From a virus: a stretch of DNA of 64,000 nucleotides. The position numbers were made by a program, and so were the translations under genes. Below are positions 8,617-17,544 of this stretch, piece by piece (the first letter of the stretch is position 1; each line of letters begins with the position of its first letter). The stretch lies in the IMG/VR virus record IMGVR_UViG_3300007162_000005. The stretch is one strand, 5' to 3'. A model generated the notes under the pieces. It was not told the DNA's origin. It was given only the letters and a program-made list of their open reading frames with translations, and did not search any database.

Positions 8617-9504
8617 TTAAAGTAAATCGACAAACGATTGAACAAACATCACATCTTCACCGGCAACATCAATAATCCAAGAGTTTGGAGTAGAAGTAAT
8701 ATCCATTTCAAACTTACTTGCAAACATTAAGGTAAGCAGGGTGATAGTGTTTTCCTGTGCGTTGTCTAAGTAAACTTCATTTGATAATGAAGCAAACAAC
8801 TTAGCAGTTTCCATATCACCCATTTCCCCTCCGAAGGTTGAAGAAACAAATAGGTAGGAATCCAAACTCTTAATTTCGATTTGTTCCTTGCCGATTAAGG
8901 TAACAAGGTTTCCATCCTTTAAGAGTTGATTAGAGATAAGCTCTTTTCCAAGAATACCAATGCTTTTATGTGCTTGGTTGACAAGGTCTAAATCACCTAC
9001 ATAAAATAACACAAACGGTGCCTTATAACTTTGTTTAAGTAATTCGGGATATTCGTCCTCAAAGATAGTAACAACTCGAACATCAGAACGGTATAGGTTA
9101 AGTAAAGTCTTATCACGGTTGATAGTAATACGTTCACGATTGGCAATAGCAGCATTAATAGCATCCCAGTCACCTTTGTATTGAATTGCTAACAAGGTGA
9201 GGTATTCTTTTGCTTCACTGTCGAAGTCTTCTGCAATAATGTCAACAGGTTCTTTATATTCAATATAGTCGTCATCATCTAATTCATCAAATGCTTCTTC
9301 ATATTCATCCATAATTCTACCGGACATTTCAAAGAGTTCTTCTAAACTTTCTGCTTCTTTTTCAGGTTTAGTTAAGACATAGAACTTTTTATCAATGTTA
9401 TCATAAGAAAGGGTATCAAACCATTCTGCAACTTGTTCAAGGCTATCAAAGGTATTAACAACTTTGTCATCAGATAGTTGTCTTACTTCATAAATTCTTT
9501 TCAT
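8617..9504 (-). CDS. dprA: DprA/Smf-like protein (degenerate) with an acidic N-terminal extension
   Basis: YKGDWDAI...VTIFEDEYPELLKQSYKAPFVLFYVGDLDL matches the start of the DprA Rossmann domain; the VGSR motif is replaced. Confidence 0.65.
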   Translation of the reverse strand: MKRIYEVRQLSDDKVVNTFDSLEQVAEWFDTLSYDNIDKKFYVLTKPEKEAESLEELFEMSGRIMDEYEEAFDELDDDDYIEYKEPVDIIAEDFDSEAKEYLTLLAIQYKGDWDAINAAIANRERITINRDKTLLNLYRSDVRVVTIFEDEYPELLKQSYKAPFVLFYVGDLDLVNQAHKSIGILGKELISNQLLKDGNLVTLIGKEQIEIKSLDSYLFVSSTFGGEMGDMETAKLFASLSNEVYLDNAQENTITLLTLMFASKFEMDITSTPNSWIIDVAGEDVMFVQSFVDLL

Positions 9505-9517
9505 GTTATTAATTCCT

Positions 9518-9799
9518 TTATTTTCTTGTAAAAAATTCTTTAAGAATATCTTCGTGTTTGCTATAAGTCATTCTAGCAATGATTTGTTTAGTATCAGCAT
9601 TGAGATTTCGTTCTGTCAATCTATCAAATTCTGGTTGCACAACAAAGTCAAATGCTGCCCATACCTTTTGTTCTGGTGTTAACTTATTTTTATTATTCAT
9701 AAAATGCCAGTTCATAACTTTGATTAGTGCAATAAACGATTTGTTGTTAAACACTAAGTCTTCTAATTCTTTTGCCAACTCTACATTTGTTTTCATCAT
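9518..9799 (-). CDS. Hypothetical early protein
   Basis: SD GGGAGGG and its own sigma70-type promoter. Confidence 0.7.
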   Translation of the reverse strand: MMKTNVELAKELEDLVFNNKSFIALIKVMNWHFMNNKNKLTPEQKVWAAFDFVVQPEFDRLTERNLNADTKQIIARMTYSKHEDILKEFFTRK

Positions 9800-9824
9800 A
9801 TTTATCCCTCCCAGGATTATTTAT

Positions 9825-9853
9825 AGTATAACATATCTTTATTAGATTGTCAA
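9825..9853 (-). promoter_or_regulatory. sigma70/sigmaA-type promoter
   Basis: TTGACA-17-TATACT. Confidence 0.8.
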
Positions 9854-9859
9854 TTATTT

Positions 9860-10183
9860 TTATTCATCACCATTTACTTTGATTGCATCTAGCTTTTCGT
9901 TAAACCATCCTTCAATCTCTTCGACCATCCAGCTGCCAGTAGAATATTCATCTTCAACATAGACACCTTCATCTTCGTCAGCTAAGTTTCCTAGCTCATC
10001 TAAGTATGCTTGAGCATCACCTAAGATGTCCTCAATCTGTGCAACAGTGAGTTCATCAAAGTGGTCTTCAACTTTACTGTGGAGCTTTTCAATCTTACTA
10101 ACTAAGCGTGTAGCTTCTTCTAAAGAATCTTCTTGTCTACGGCTCATTTCTGGCGGGTCTAATCGTTGTTCTGGGTCTCTCAT
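9860..10183 (-). CDS. Acidic hypothetical early protein
   Basis: 107-aa ORF with SD and promoter. Confidence 0.7.
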   Translation of the reverse strand: MRDPEQRLDPPEMSRRQEDSLEEATRLVSKIEKLHSKVEDHFDELTVAQIEDILGDAQAYLDELGNLADEDEGVYVEDEYSTGSWMVEEIEGWFNEKLDAIKVNGDE

Positions 10184-10211
10184 ATATTTCTCCTTTTTCT
10201 TTCTTAATAAT

Positions 10212-10241
10212 ATTATATCACAGTATGTTTTAATATGTCAA
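10212..10241 (-). promoter_or_regulatory. sigma70-type promoter
   Basis: TTGACA-18-TATAAT. Confidence 0.75.
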
Positions 10242-10251
10242 GCATTTTATA

Positions 10252-10530
10252 TTATTGTCTTGAAATGTATGAACGATACAAATTATTAATCATTTCTTTG
10301 TTTTGTTCAAATGCTAATCCTGATAATTCTTCTTCTTGCTCAAGGTCTAGTGGTTCTTCACTTATAAGTGCCACATGTGATATGGCAATAAAATTGAATG
10401 CATCTTTAATGGTTGACCCCTTTTTGTTTTGTAGTACCCATGCCATATTGTTAAGGTTTCTTTTTAAATCCCTTTTGTTAGAGAACATGACATTAATTAA
10501 ATCATTGACTAATTCTTCTTTTGTTTTCAT
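10252..10530 (-). CDS. Hypothetical early protein
   Basis: 92-aa ORF, SD GGAGG. Confidence 0.7.
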   Translation of the reverse strand: MKTKEELVNDLINVMFSNKRDLKRNLNNMAWVLQNKKGSTIKDAFNFIAISHVALISEEPLDLEQEEELSGLAFEQNKEMINNLYRSYISRQ

Positions 10531-10555
10531 ACCATTTTTCCTCCATGGTAATTAT

Positions 10556-10584
10556 ATTATAGCACATCTATTTTACAATGTCAA
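10556..10584 (-). promoter_or_regulatory. sigma70-type promoter
   Basis: TTGACA-17-TATAAT. Confidence 0.8.
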
Positions 10585-10762
10585 CTATTTTAACAAATTG
10601 TTTTGCATATTGTTTTTTAGTCATTCTAAACGTCCTTCCATCTACTAAGTGCATAGCATATTCTTTATTTATTTTTTCAATACTTACAATAGCATTTGGG
10701 TTAATAAGAATATCTACTTCTTGTCCTTCTACATCAAGTAATGTTAGTGGTATTAAATCCAT
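10568..10762 (-). CDS. Small hypothetical protein (64 aa)
   Basis: SD AAGGAG; IxINPNAIxSIE small beta-protein pattern. Confidence 0.65.
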   Translation of the reverse strand: MDLIPLTLLDVEGQEVDILINPNAIVSIEKINKEYAMHLVDGRTFRMTKKQYAKQFVKIVDIVK

Positions 10763-10765
10763 AGT

Positions 10766-11689
10766 TTACTCCTTTCCTTCTGTATTTTTCTTTATGAAAC
10801 TCTCTAGAATAACAGGATGCATACTTTCACCTTGCCATTCATTTTCTACTTCATCTGTTTTATTATCCTTAGTCCACTTGCAGAAGTATGGGCACAAGTT
10901 TTTACCTTCTTTAGGTTGATTAGGGTTTGTCGGGCTAAACACACACCAGTGGCACAGCGGTGTTGGTTTCGGGTAGAAGTGGCCAGCATCGATGTTTTTA
11001 AGTATTTCGTCAAGGTGTGTTCTGATGTATTCATTATCCACTTGACTATCTTGAATTCGATTAATCAAGGGAAGATTATATTGACACTTCATCGCCACAT
11101 CGGGCCCAAGTATAATCTTTAAAGCTGCGGTGTAAACATACATTTGCAGGGATTGCTTTAACTCTTTTCCTGTCATTGCTTTAGTGTATGTTTTAATATC
11201 TTCAATGATGTAAGAGCCATTTGATTTATCGTAGTAGACCCTATCAATGAATCCTTTGAATGCTTTTCCATGGATAGTAAGTTGGAATGGCATTTCCATC
11301 GCATAGATAGATAAGTTAGGATTTTCTTTCAAGTAATTTTCTAACCGATAGATTCCCTTTTCAAAATAAACGTTTGCTTTATCTTCATGGGAGAAATCAT
11401 TCTTGTCAGGAACTCTCCATTCGTTCTTATACTTTTCTTTAATGATATTTACACCAACAACCTTTTCAGTGTTCATGTTTAAGAACTGTTCTTTATAAAA
11501 GTCATAGTTAATTTCTTTACCATCTTTAAGGTCGATGGCAATGTGCTCTTCAATGTAGTGGATTAAAGAACCTAACTCGGTTGATACCGTGTCAGCTTCC
11601 ACTTGATGCTTTTCAATATAAAGTAATTTATATTTGAATGGGCATCTTTTATATGTATCTACCCTAGAGTAGCTAAGAGCATCACTCAT
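10766..11689 (-). CDS. RecB/AddB-like PD-(D/E)XK exonuclease with a probable 4-Cys Fe-S cluster
   Basis: LSYSRVDTYKRCPF; GFIDRV...IEDIKT; CHWC...CPYFC. Confidence 0.85.
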   Translation of the reverse strand: MSDALSYSRVDTYKRCPFKYKLLYIEKHQVEADTVSTELGSLIHYIEEHIAIDLKDGKEINYDFYKEQFLNMNTEKVVGVNIIKEKYKNEWRVPDKNDFSHEDKANVYFEKGIYRLENYLKENPNLSIYAMEMPFQLTIHGKAFKGFIDRVYYDKSNGSYIIEDIKTYTKAMTGKELKQSLQMYVYTAALKIILGPDVAMKCQYNLPLINRIQDSQVDNEYIRTHLDEILKNIDAGHFYPKPTPLCHWCVFSPTNPNQPKEGKNLCPYFCKWTKDNKTDEVENEWQGESMHPVILESFIKKNTEGKE

Positions 11690-11690
11690 T

Positions 11691-13550
11691 TTATTTATTT
11701 ACCTTTTCAATATGTTTGCAACTTGGATAACCCGAACATCCTAAGAATGGGCCATAACGACCTGTTCTAAATACTAGCTTCTTACCACATTCAGGACAAA
11801 CCTTATCTGTTGGTTGTGAAACAACTTCATTGGGTTGAACTTTCTTAACAGACTCTTCTAACTTCTTGTAGAAGGAAGTAAGGAAGTCAACATCGTTAAG
11901 TTTACCATTGGCAATCAAGTCAAGGTTTTCTTCCAGCTCAGATGTATAGTTAACGTTAATAATACCAGGGAAAGACTTGTCAAGGAATCTAGATAAGGAA
12001 ATACCTCTTTCGGTTGGGACAATAAACTTATCCTCAACGACACAGTAACCACGAGATTCACTTAACAATGTTTCCACAGTACTGGCAAAGGTTGATGGTC
12101 TTCCAATACCACGTGACTCTAACTCTTTAATGAAGGTAGCTTCTTTGTATCGTGAGGGTGGAGTTGTCTTCTTTTCAAATGCTTCAAGAGAAGTATCTTT
12201 TAAGGTTTCACCAACTTTAAATGTTTCTTTGGTAACTTCTTCTTCCTTATCTTCAAATGAACCATAGACAGCTTTATAACCATCAAAGATTAATTCTTTA
12301 GACACAAGGTTGAATAAATGAACATCATTCTTAATTGTGTAAGTAGTTTCACTGGTAACAGCACTTGCCATCGCAGTAGCAATGGTTCTCTTATAAATAA
12401 TATTATAGACCTTGAGTAAGTTAGCATCTTCAACGAACTTAGCTAGCTTTTCAGGTGTCATGGTTAAATCAACAGGGCGAATAGCTTCGTGACCATCCTG
12501 AACGTTCTCTGCCTTCTTGCCTTTGCGAACAGGTGAATAATACTTATCACCATAATTAGACTTGACATATTCTTCAAGTTGTGGTAAGAACTCAGGAGCA
12601 AACTCTGGGCTATCAGTACGAATGTATGTAATCAAGGCAATGTGCTTACCATTGACATCAATCCCTTCAAACAGTTTCTGAGCATAGGACATGGCTTGTT
12701 TAACACCAATGCCTAACTTATTAGAAACTTCTTGTTGGAAGGTGGATGTAATGAAAGGAGGTTTAGGATTACTTAACTTCTCTTTAGTTTCAATGTTATC
12801 AACTGTATAGACATTTGTCTTCTTACAGTCAGCGACAATCGCTTTAACTTCATCAAGGCTTCCAAGCTTCTTAACTTCTTTCTTAGCGGTTCCAACATAC
12901 TTAGCCTTGAACTCTTTACTGTTCTTGACAAAGTTAAGGAATAGGTCAAAGTAGGTTTCAGGGACAAAGTTATTTATTTCGTCTTCTCTTTCAACGATTA
13001 GCTTTAACCCGGCACTTTGAACACGACCAACACTACGAGCACTAATCTGTCTACGAGCAATAGGACTAAGTCTATAACCCACAATCTTATCCAGTTTTTG
13101 ACGGGATTGAGATGCCAATACTAAATCATCATCTATCTTGCCTGGATTGTCTATTGCTTTCAAAACAGCCTTTTCAGTGATTTCATGGAAGGTAACACGT
13201 TCATACTTACTTTCAGGAATCTTTAAAAACTTCTTAAGACTCCAAGCAATGGCCTCACCCTCACGGTCACCGTCAGTTGCGATGATGACTTTAGAGCATA
13301 GGTCAACCTGGTTCTTAATATCTTTAACGACATCTTTCTTGTCATTACTAATCTTATAGTCTGCCTTAAAACCATCATTAGGGTCAATACCAAAGTTATG
13401 CAGTCCACTATCATTTATTTCAGAAATGTGGCCCACAGAAGCTTTAATAATATAATTAGAGGGTAAAATCTCCCTAAGGGTCTTAATCTTATTAGGTGAT
13501 TCTACAATAACTAAAATACGTTCAGATGACTTACCAGCAGTTTTTGGCAT
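11691..13550 (-). CDS. topA: DNA topoisomerase IA
   Basis: TOPRIM VIVESPNK, ATDGDREGE, SVGRVQS, LITYIRTDS (catalytic Tyr), C-terminal C4 Zn ribbon. Confidence 0.95.
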   Translation of the reverse strand: MPKTAGKSSERILVIVESPNKIKTLREILPSNYIIKASVGHISEINDSGLHNFGIDPNDGFKADYKISNDKKDVVKDIKNQVDLCSKVIIATDGDREGEAIAWSLKKFLKIPESKYERVTFHEITEKAVLKAIDNPGKIDDDLVLASQSRQKLDKIVGYRLSPIARRQISARSVGRVQSAGLKLIVEREDEINNFVPETYFDLFLNFVKNSKEFKAKYVGTAKKEVKKLGSLDEVKAIVADCKKTNVYTVDNIETKEKLSNPKPPFITSTFQQEVSNKLGIGVKQAMSYAQKLFEGIDVNGKHIALITYIRTDSPEFAPEFLPQLEEYVKSNYGDKYYSPVRKGKKAENVQDGHEAIRPVDLTMTPEKLAKFVEDANLLKVYNIIYKRTIATAMASAVTSETTYTIKNDVHLFNLVSKELIFDGYKAVYGSFEDKEEEVTKETFKVGETLKDTSLEAFEKKTTPPSRYKEATFIKELESRGIGRPSTFASTVETLLSESRGYCVVEDKFIVPTERGISLSRFLDKSFPGIINVNYTSELEENLDLIANGKLNDVDFLTSFYKKLEESVKKVQPNEVVSQPTDKVCPECGKKLVFRTGRYGPFLGCSGYPSCKHIEKVNK

Positions 13551-13582
13551 GCAATAACACCTCTTAATGTCTTTCTACTATA

Positions 13583-14449
13583 TTATACAACTTTTTCTGG
13601 AATATTACCACTATCTTCATCATATTCCCAAAGAAAACCAAATGCTTCATTTGTTTTACGTCTTTTTGTTAATACAAAAGATAACTTAGATGCATTATTT
13701 TTAAATAGTGGTGGCATATTTGCCGCAGCCTCTTTTATGCTGGGCCATATTTTAATCAACTTACCATCCAATGATAATTGTTTTATTTTTTTATAGTTGT
13801 ATCTTTTTAACTTCATAATTTCTGACTGTTCAATATTATTATTTTCCGGGTATTCTTTTGAGTATCTCCACAAATACCCAAAAGCGGAACTATAAATATT
13901 TTTACAAGAATCTGATATACAAGAAGACATATATGTGTTCTTTCCTAGGTCTATCAATGCTTCTCTAATACTCGGATACTCTTTAATAAAAACACCTTTT
14001 AAAGAAAATTTTTTAACTGCTATTTTATACAAATTTACTGTACCGTTTTTTAAACCTTCTATTCTTTTTTCACTTATTTTTTTTCTAGTTTTTTCTGATT
14101 TTGTTTTTCCTGTGTTTGATTCAATTAGTTTTTTTCTATTCTCTTCGGTCATTTTATTTCCACCTGGTGATTTATTATATCCTTTTTCCGGGTCTGTTGA
14201 ATTATAAAAATTAACTAATTCAACTTCTTTTTCCCAAGCATCTTTTTTTGATAAATTTTCAAACAGTATATCATGCTTAATTTCATTATCCCAATCAAGT
14301 TTTTTAATATCTAAATACATTTTTTTGTTTGAATATAAATATCCCCTGCCTTTGTATCTCCATCTTTTTTCAGGGGGGAGCATTGTTACACCGATATAAA
14401 CCTTCCCGTCCGGGAAAGTGTGTTTATATACACAGTAATTGTTTTTCAT
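13583..14449 (-). mobile_element. Free-standing GIY-YIG homing endonuclease with NUMOD3/NUMOD1 DNA-binding modules
   Basis: CVYKHTFPDGKVYIGVT...RW; KSEKTRKKISE; two GxFIKEYPSIREA / AFGYLW-type repeats. Confidence 0.85.
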
Positions 14450-14470
14450 GGTAATAAAAGGGAATCCTTA

Positions 14471-15004
14471 TTAGAATTCCCAATCGTGATAATAGCTCTT
14501 AGAACCAAATGACACATTACCACTTAATTTATTGTACTTAACAATTTCTTTACCTTCAGCTAACTTTTGTTTTTCCTTGTCACTTAATTCAATGTAGAAA
14601 AGAAGGTGGTTCTTTTTAGCTGCTTCAATTTGTTCAAGTGTCCAACGGGAGACACGTTTCCATGAGTTGTTTCGGAACACCCATTCTTCTTCTTGATTTT
14701 CAATAGGGTCTAATGGATATTTATTAGGTCCATAAGAATTAAGGTAAGCATTTTGTTCTTTAAGTGTTTTGAAATATAACCAGTTTTGATGGCCCATTTC
14801 ATTGTTCTTTGAACGGTCTGCTGTAACATGATAATGTTTAACAAAGATGTGCTTTTGGTCAATCACACGTGACACATAATAGCAATCACGGTCAGAGTAA
14901 AAGTACATCGTGATGTCCATACCTTCTTTGATTGTTTTGTCTTCACCGAAGATATGTCCTTCTTCTAAACGATTCATCAAGTTTCCATACAACTTCTTTG
15001 CCAT
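14471..15004 (-). CDS. Hypothetical phage protein
   Basis: 177-aa ORF with SD AGGAGGG and an upstream promoter. Confidence 0.75.
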   Translation of the reverse strand: MAKKLYGNLMNRLEEGHIFGEDKTIKEGMDITMYFYSDRDCYYVSRVIDQKHIFVKHYHVTADRSKNNEMGHQNWLYFKTLKEQNAYLNSYGPNKYPLDPIENQEEEWVFRNNSWKRVSRWTLEQIEAAKKNHLLFYIELSDKEKQKLAEGKEIVKYNKLSGNVSFGSKSYYHDWEF

Positions 15005-15039
15005 AAGTTTTACCCTCCTAGGTTTTATCTTACAACATT

Positions 15040-15068
15040 ATTATACAACAACTAATTATAATTGTCAA
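15040..15068 (-). promoter_or_regulatory. sigma70-type promoter
   Basis: TTGACA-17-TATAAT. Confidence 0.8.
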
Positions 15069-15527
15069 CTACTTTATATCTTTAAATGCTTCTTTTAAAT
15101 TTTGTTCGATTCTATCGATAGATTCTTTAGGTAAGTTTTGCATGAATTGAATAACTTCCATCTGGTCTTCATAGGTTGTACCGATAGGAACACATCCATT
15201 AAACATTCTAAAAATAGTGGCTACATCATCTAATTTGTATTTTATTTTAGAGATAACATATTTACCAAAAGGAATATTTCCCGTTGACTTGGCATAAAAT
15301 TCCCAGTTTTTCATGTCTTTATAATCTAACTCTCTAAGACCACACCAGCTCATGAAGTGTTCTTTATGTTCAAGGAATAAACGTCTATTTACATATTCTT
15401 CACAATGTTCTTTTTTATCCGTAATCGTAAAGAATCTAAGAGAATTAATATCTATATTTTCACCATCAAAAGGAATATTATTTGTAACTACGAACATGTC
15501 TATTGTTTTTGGTTTTTTATTAAACAT
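15069..15527 (-). CDS. Hypothetical protein
   Basis: 152-aa ORF, coupled to the upstream gene. Confidence 0.7.
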   Translation of the reverse strand: MFNKKPKTIDMFVVTNNIPFDGENIDINSLRFFTITDKKEHCEEYVNRRLFLEHKEHFMSWCGLRELDYKDMKNWEFYAKSTGNIPFGKYVISKIKYKLDDVATIFRMFNGCVPIGTTYEDQMEVIQFMQNLPKESIDRIEQNLKEAFKDIK

Positions 15528-15748
15528 TATTTTTTACCTTGTTCTTCCTTTTCATAGATTAAACCAACGGCAATGTCACCCCTACCAACAACCTTACCAT
15601 AAAAGTCTGTAGTCACGTTAGTAGCTTTTTTATAATAACCAAGGATTCTACCATAAAAATCTAAAGCAGTCTTATTACCGGTCTTATCATCGGTTTCTAC
15701 ATAACCAATAATCTTTCCGTAAAAGTCTTTTATTGTTTGTTTTGCCAT
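15527..15748 (-). CDS. Small beta-repeat protein (DFYGxIxG x3)
   Basis: Three internal DFYG repeats. Confidence 0.7.
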   Translation of the reverse strand: MAKQTIKDFYGKIIGYVETDDKTGNKTALDFYGRILGYYKKATNVTTDFYGKVVGRGDIAVGLIYEKEEQGKK

Positions 15749-15758
15749 GGTTACCTCC

Positions 15759-16148
15759 CTAGTAATTTGATGTTTTATCGAAGTTCTTAATATACTCTAA
15801 TATATTAATCCCTCTACCGACAGCATCATTTATATTGATTTGAATAACATCTTCTATTTTGTTCTTACCCTTGTTTCTAGGCATCAAGAACTTCTTAATA
15901 ATTTGTTTTATCTTTAGTTCATTGAAGTCTATTCTTTGAAACTTAATTTCAGTAAAGTCAGGGAGAATAGCTATATCAGGAACGATGGGCCCATATTCAA
16001 CAATAGATGACTGTCCTAGTGATGTTCTAATAATAAGATAATAGAACATAGATTCACTGTCTTTAGCCTCTAATGCTACTTGACCTAATTCATCAATGTC
16101 AAGTTCTTTTGAGAATATGGTTTCCTGGTTGTAGCCAAACTTATGCAT
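15759..16148 (-). CDS. Hypothetical protein
   Basis: 129-aa ORF. Confidence 0.7.
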   Translation of the reverse strand: MHKFGYNQETIFSKELDIDELGQVALEAKDSESMFYYLIIRTSLGQSSIVEYGPIVPDIAILPDFTEIKFQRIDFNELKIKQIIKKFLMPRNKGKNKIEDVIQININDAVGRGINILEYIKNFDKTSNY

Positions 16149-16839
16149 TTGTTTCTGGTTCTTCCTTCTTCACAAGTTCATCTTGCTTTTCCATAGTAAT
16201 CTTGCCAGTTGCAACACCTTCAAGGAATCGAATAGCATCACGTGTTTTCTTAAGGTCTTCGTTTTGTTCAATTTCCTTATTCATCGAATCTTCTCTTGAT
16301 TTTAATTCTTTTAGGTAAGCATCTAAGACTTGTGCTTTTTCTTCTTCTGAAGCGTTGTCAAAGTCTTCAAACACTTCTAAACCAATATCACTGATTAACA
16401 CACCATCAAGGATTTGAACCATGTGTTGGAAGATTTCTGCTACAACACCTTCAAATACGCTTTCTTCTGGCTTACCTGATGGGGTTTGATACATGGCAAT
16501 AATACGATTGTGTCTTGGAACAATAAAAGCTCTATCAGGAATACTTGGGCTGATTTCTCTTACCAAGTGAATTCCATCTGTTTTTGAAATCATCGGATTA
16601 ATAAAGGCACGAATATCGCCATTGGCAAAACGAATACAGAAGATTCTGTCAAACTTTCCGATTTGAGGTGCAGCAAGGGCAACAAGGTTTTTATTGGCCA
16701 AGATAGTATCTTTTAAGTCTTTAATGATTTTTGCTACATCAGGACGTATCTGTAAGTCAATTCCAACAACAGCAACCTCATCACTTCTTTGCATCAATTT
16801 GTCTAAGTCTCTCGTAATTGCTAAAACATAATTTGCCAT
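16141..16839 (-). CDS. Peptide deformylase homolog, catalytically degenerate
   Basis: LAAPQIG and FINP retained; EGCLS is EISPS and HExxH is HMVQI. Confidence 0.8.
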   Translation of the reverse strand: MANYVLAITRDLDKLMQRSDEVAVVGIDLQIRPDVAKIIKDLKDTILANKNLVALAAPQIGKFDRIFCIRFANGDIRAFINPMISKTDGIHLVREISPSIPDRAFIVPRHNRIIAMYQTPSGKPEESVFEGVVAEIFQHMVQILDGVLISDIGLEVFEDFDNASEEEKAQVLDAYLKELKSREDSMNKEIEQNEDLKKTRDAIRFLEGVATGKITMEKQDELVKKEEPETNA

Positions 16840-16840
16840 A

Positions 16841-17113
16841 TTATTCCCTTTCTGTTACAACTAATCTATAGATATCGGAGGCAAAGTTACCTACAAGCTT
16901 GATTTCAAACATATCACCTATAAATAACAATTCACCAACCTTATCAGTTAATAGTGTTGCATCTTCTTCAATTTCAACCAAGTCTGAACTATCTAACAAG
17001 GTATACATTCTTGAGTACTCATCACTATCGGATAGTTCAACAATATACTTTTCCCCATCAAGTTTCCCTTCCAGGTTAATTCCTAACTTAGTAACAAATT
17101 CTTTCATTTCCAT
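16841..17113 (-). CDS. Hypothetical protein
   Basis: 90-aa ORF in the operon. Confidence 0.7.
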   Translation of the reverse strand: MEMKEFVTKLGINLEGKLDGEKYIVELSDSDEYSRMYTLLDSSDLVEIEEDATLLTDKVGELLFIGDMFEIKLVGNFASDIYRLVVTERE

Positions 17114-17114
17114 A

Positions 17115-17471
17115 TTATTTCTTCATTTCCTTTATGAGTTTCTTAAACTCTTTAAGCAAATCTTCATTTTCCTTGAGGATAGCTTCTTTTGAGTAGTTTG
17201 ATTCACTCATGGCAGTATGTATCCCTTTGTTTTGCTTATTAAATTTAGCCACCTTTTTATCCCTATTAGGTTGATAAAACAGATAAATAATGTAGGAAAT
17301 ACGTTCATAGTTCTCTTTGACTCTGCTTAAAATAGATTGGGCCTGGTCATACTGTGCTTGGTCAATAAATCCACCCTTTAATGCTTCATCATAGTCCTTT
17401 GAATCAGCCAATAACTGAAAATACTGCTCTTGAATCTGTAAGTAGTATTGTTTAACATGTTTTAAAGACAT
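17115..17471 (-). CDS. Hypothetical protein
   Basis: 118-aa ORF downstream of a GTTGTATAATA motif. Confidence 0.7.
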   Translation of the reverse strand: MSLKHVKQYYLQIQEQYFQLLADSKDYDEALKGGFIDQAQYDQAQSILSRVKENYERISYIIYLFYQPNRDKKVAKFNKQNKGIHTAMSESNYSKEAILKENEDLLKEFKKLIKEMKK

Positions 17472-17511
17472 ATATATCCTCTCACTAGTATATTATACAA
17501 CGTTTATGAGA

Positions 17512-17539
17512 CAAAAGTCAACCGTTTGGTTGACTTTGT
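17512..17539 (-). terminator. Rho-independent terminator
   Basis: AAGTCAACC-aaac-GGTTGACTT followed by TTGT. Confidence 0.7.
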
Positions 17540-17544
17540 TCTTG

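Noticed and set aside
10766-11689. Cas4 as part of a CRISPR system
   Set aside because: No other cas genes or array; RecB/AddB-like nucleases are ordinary in phage replication blocks.
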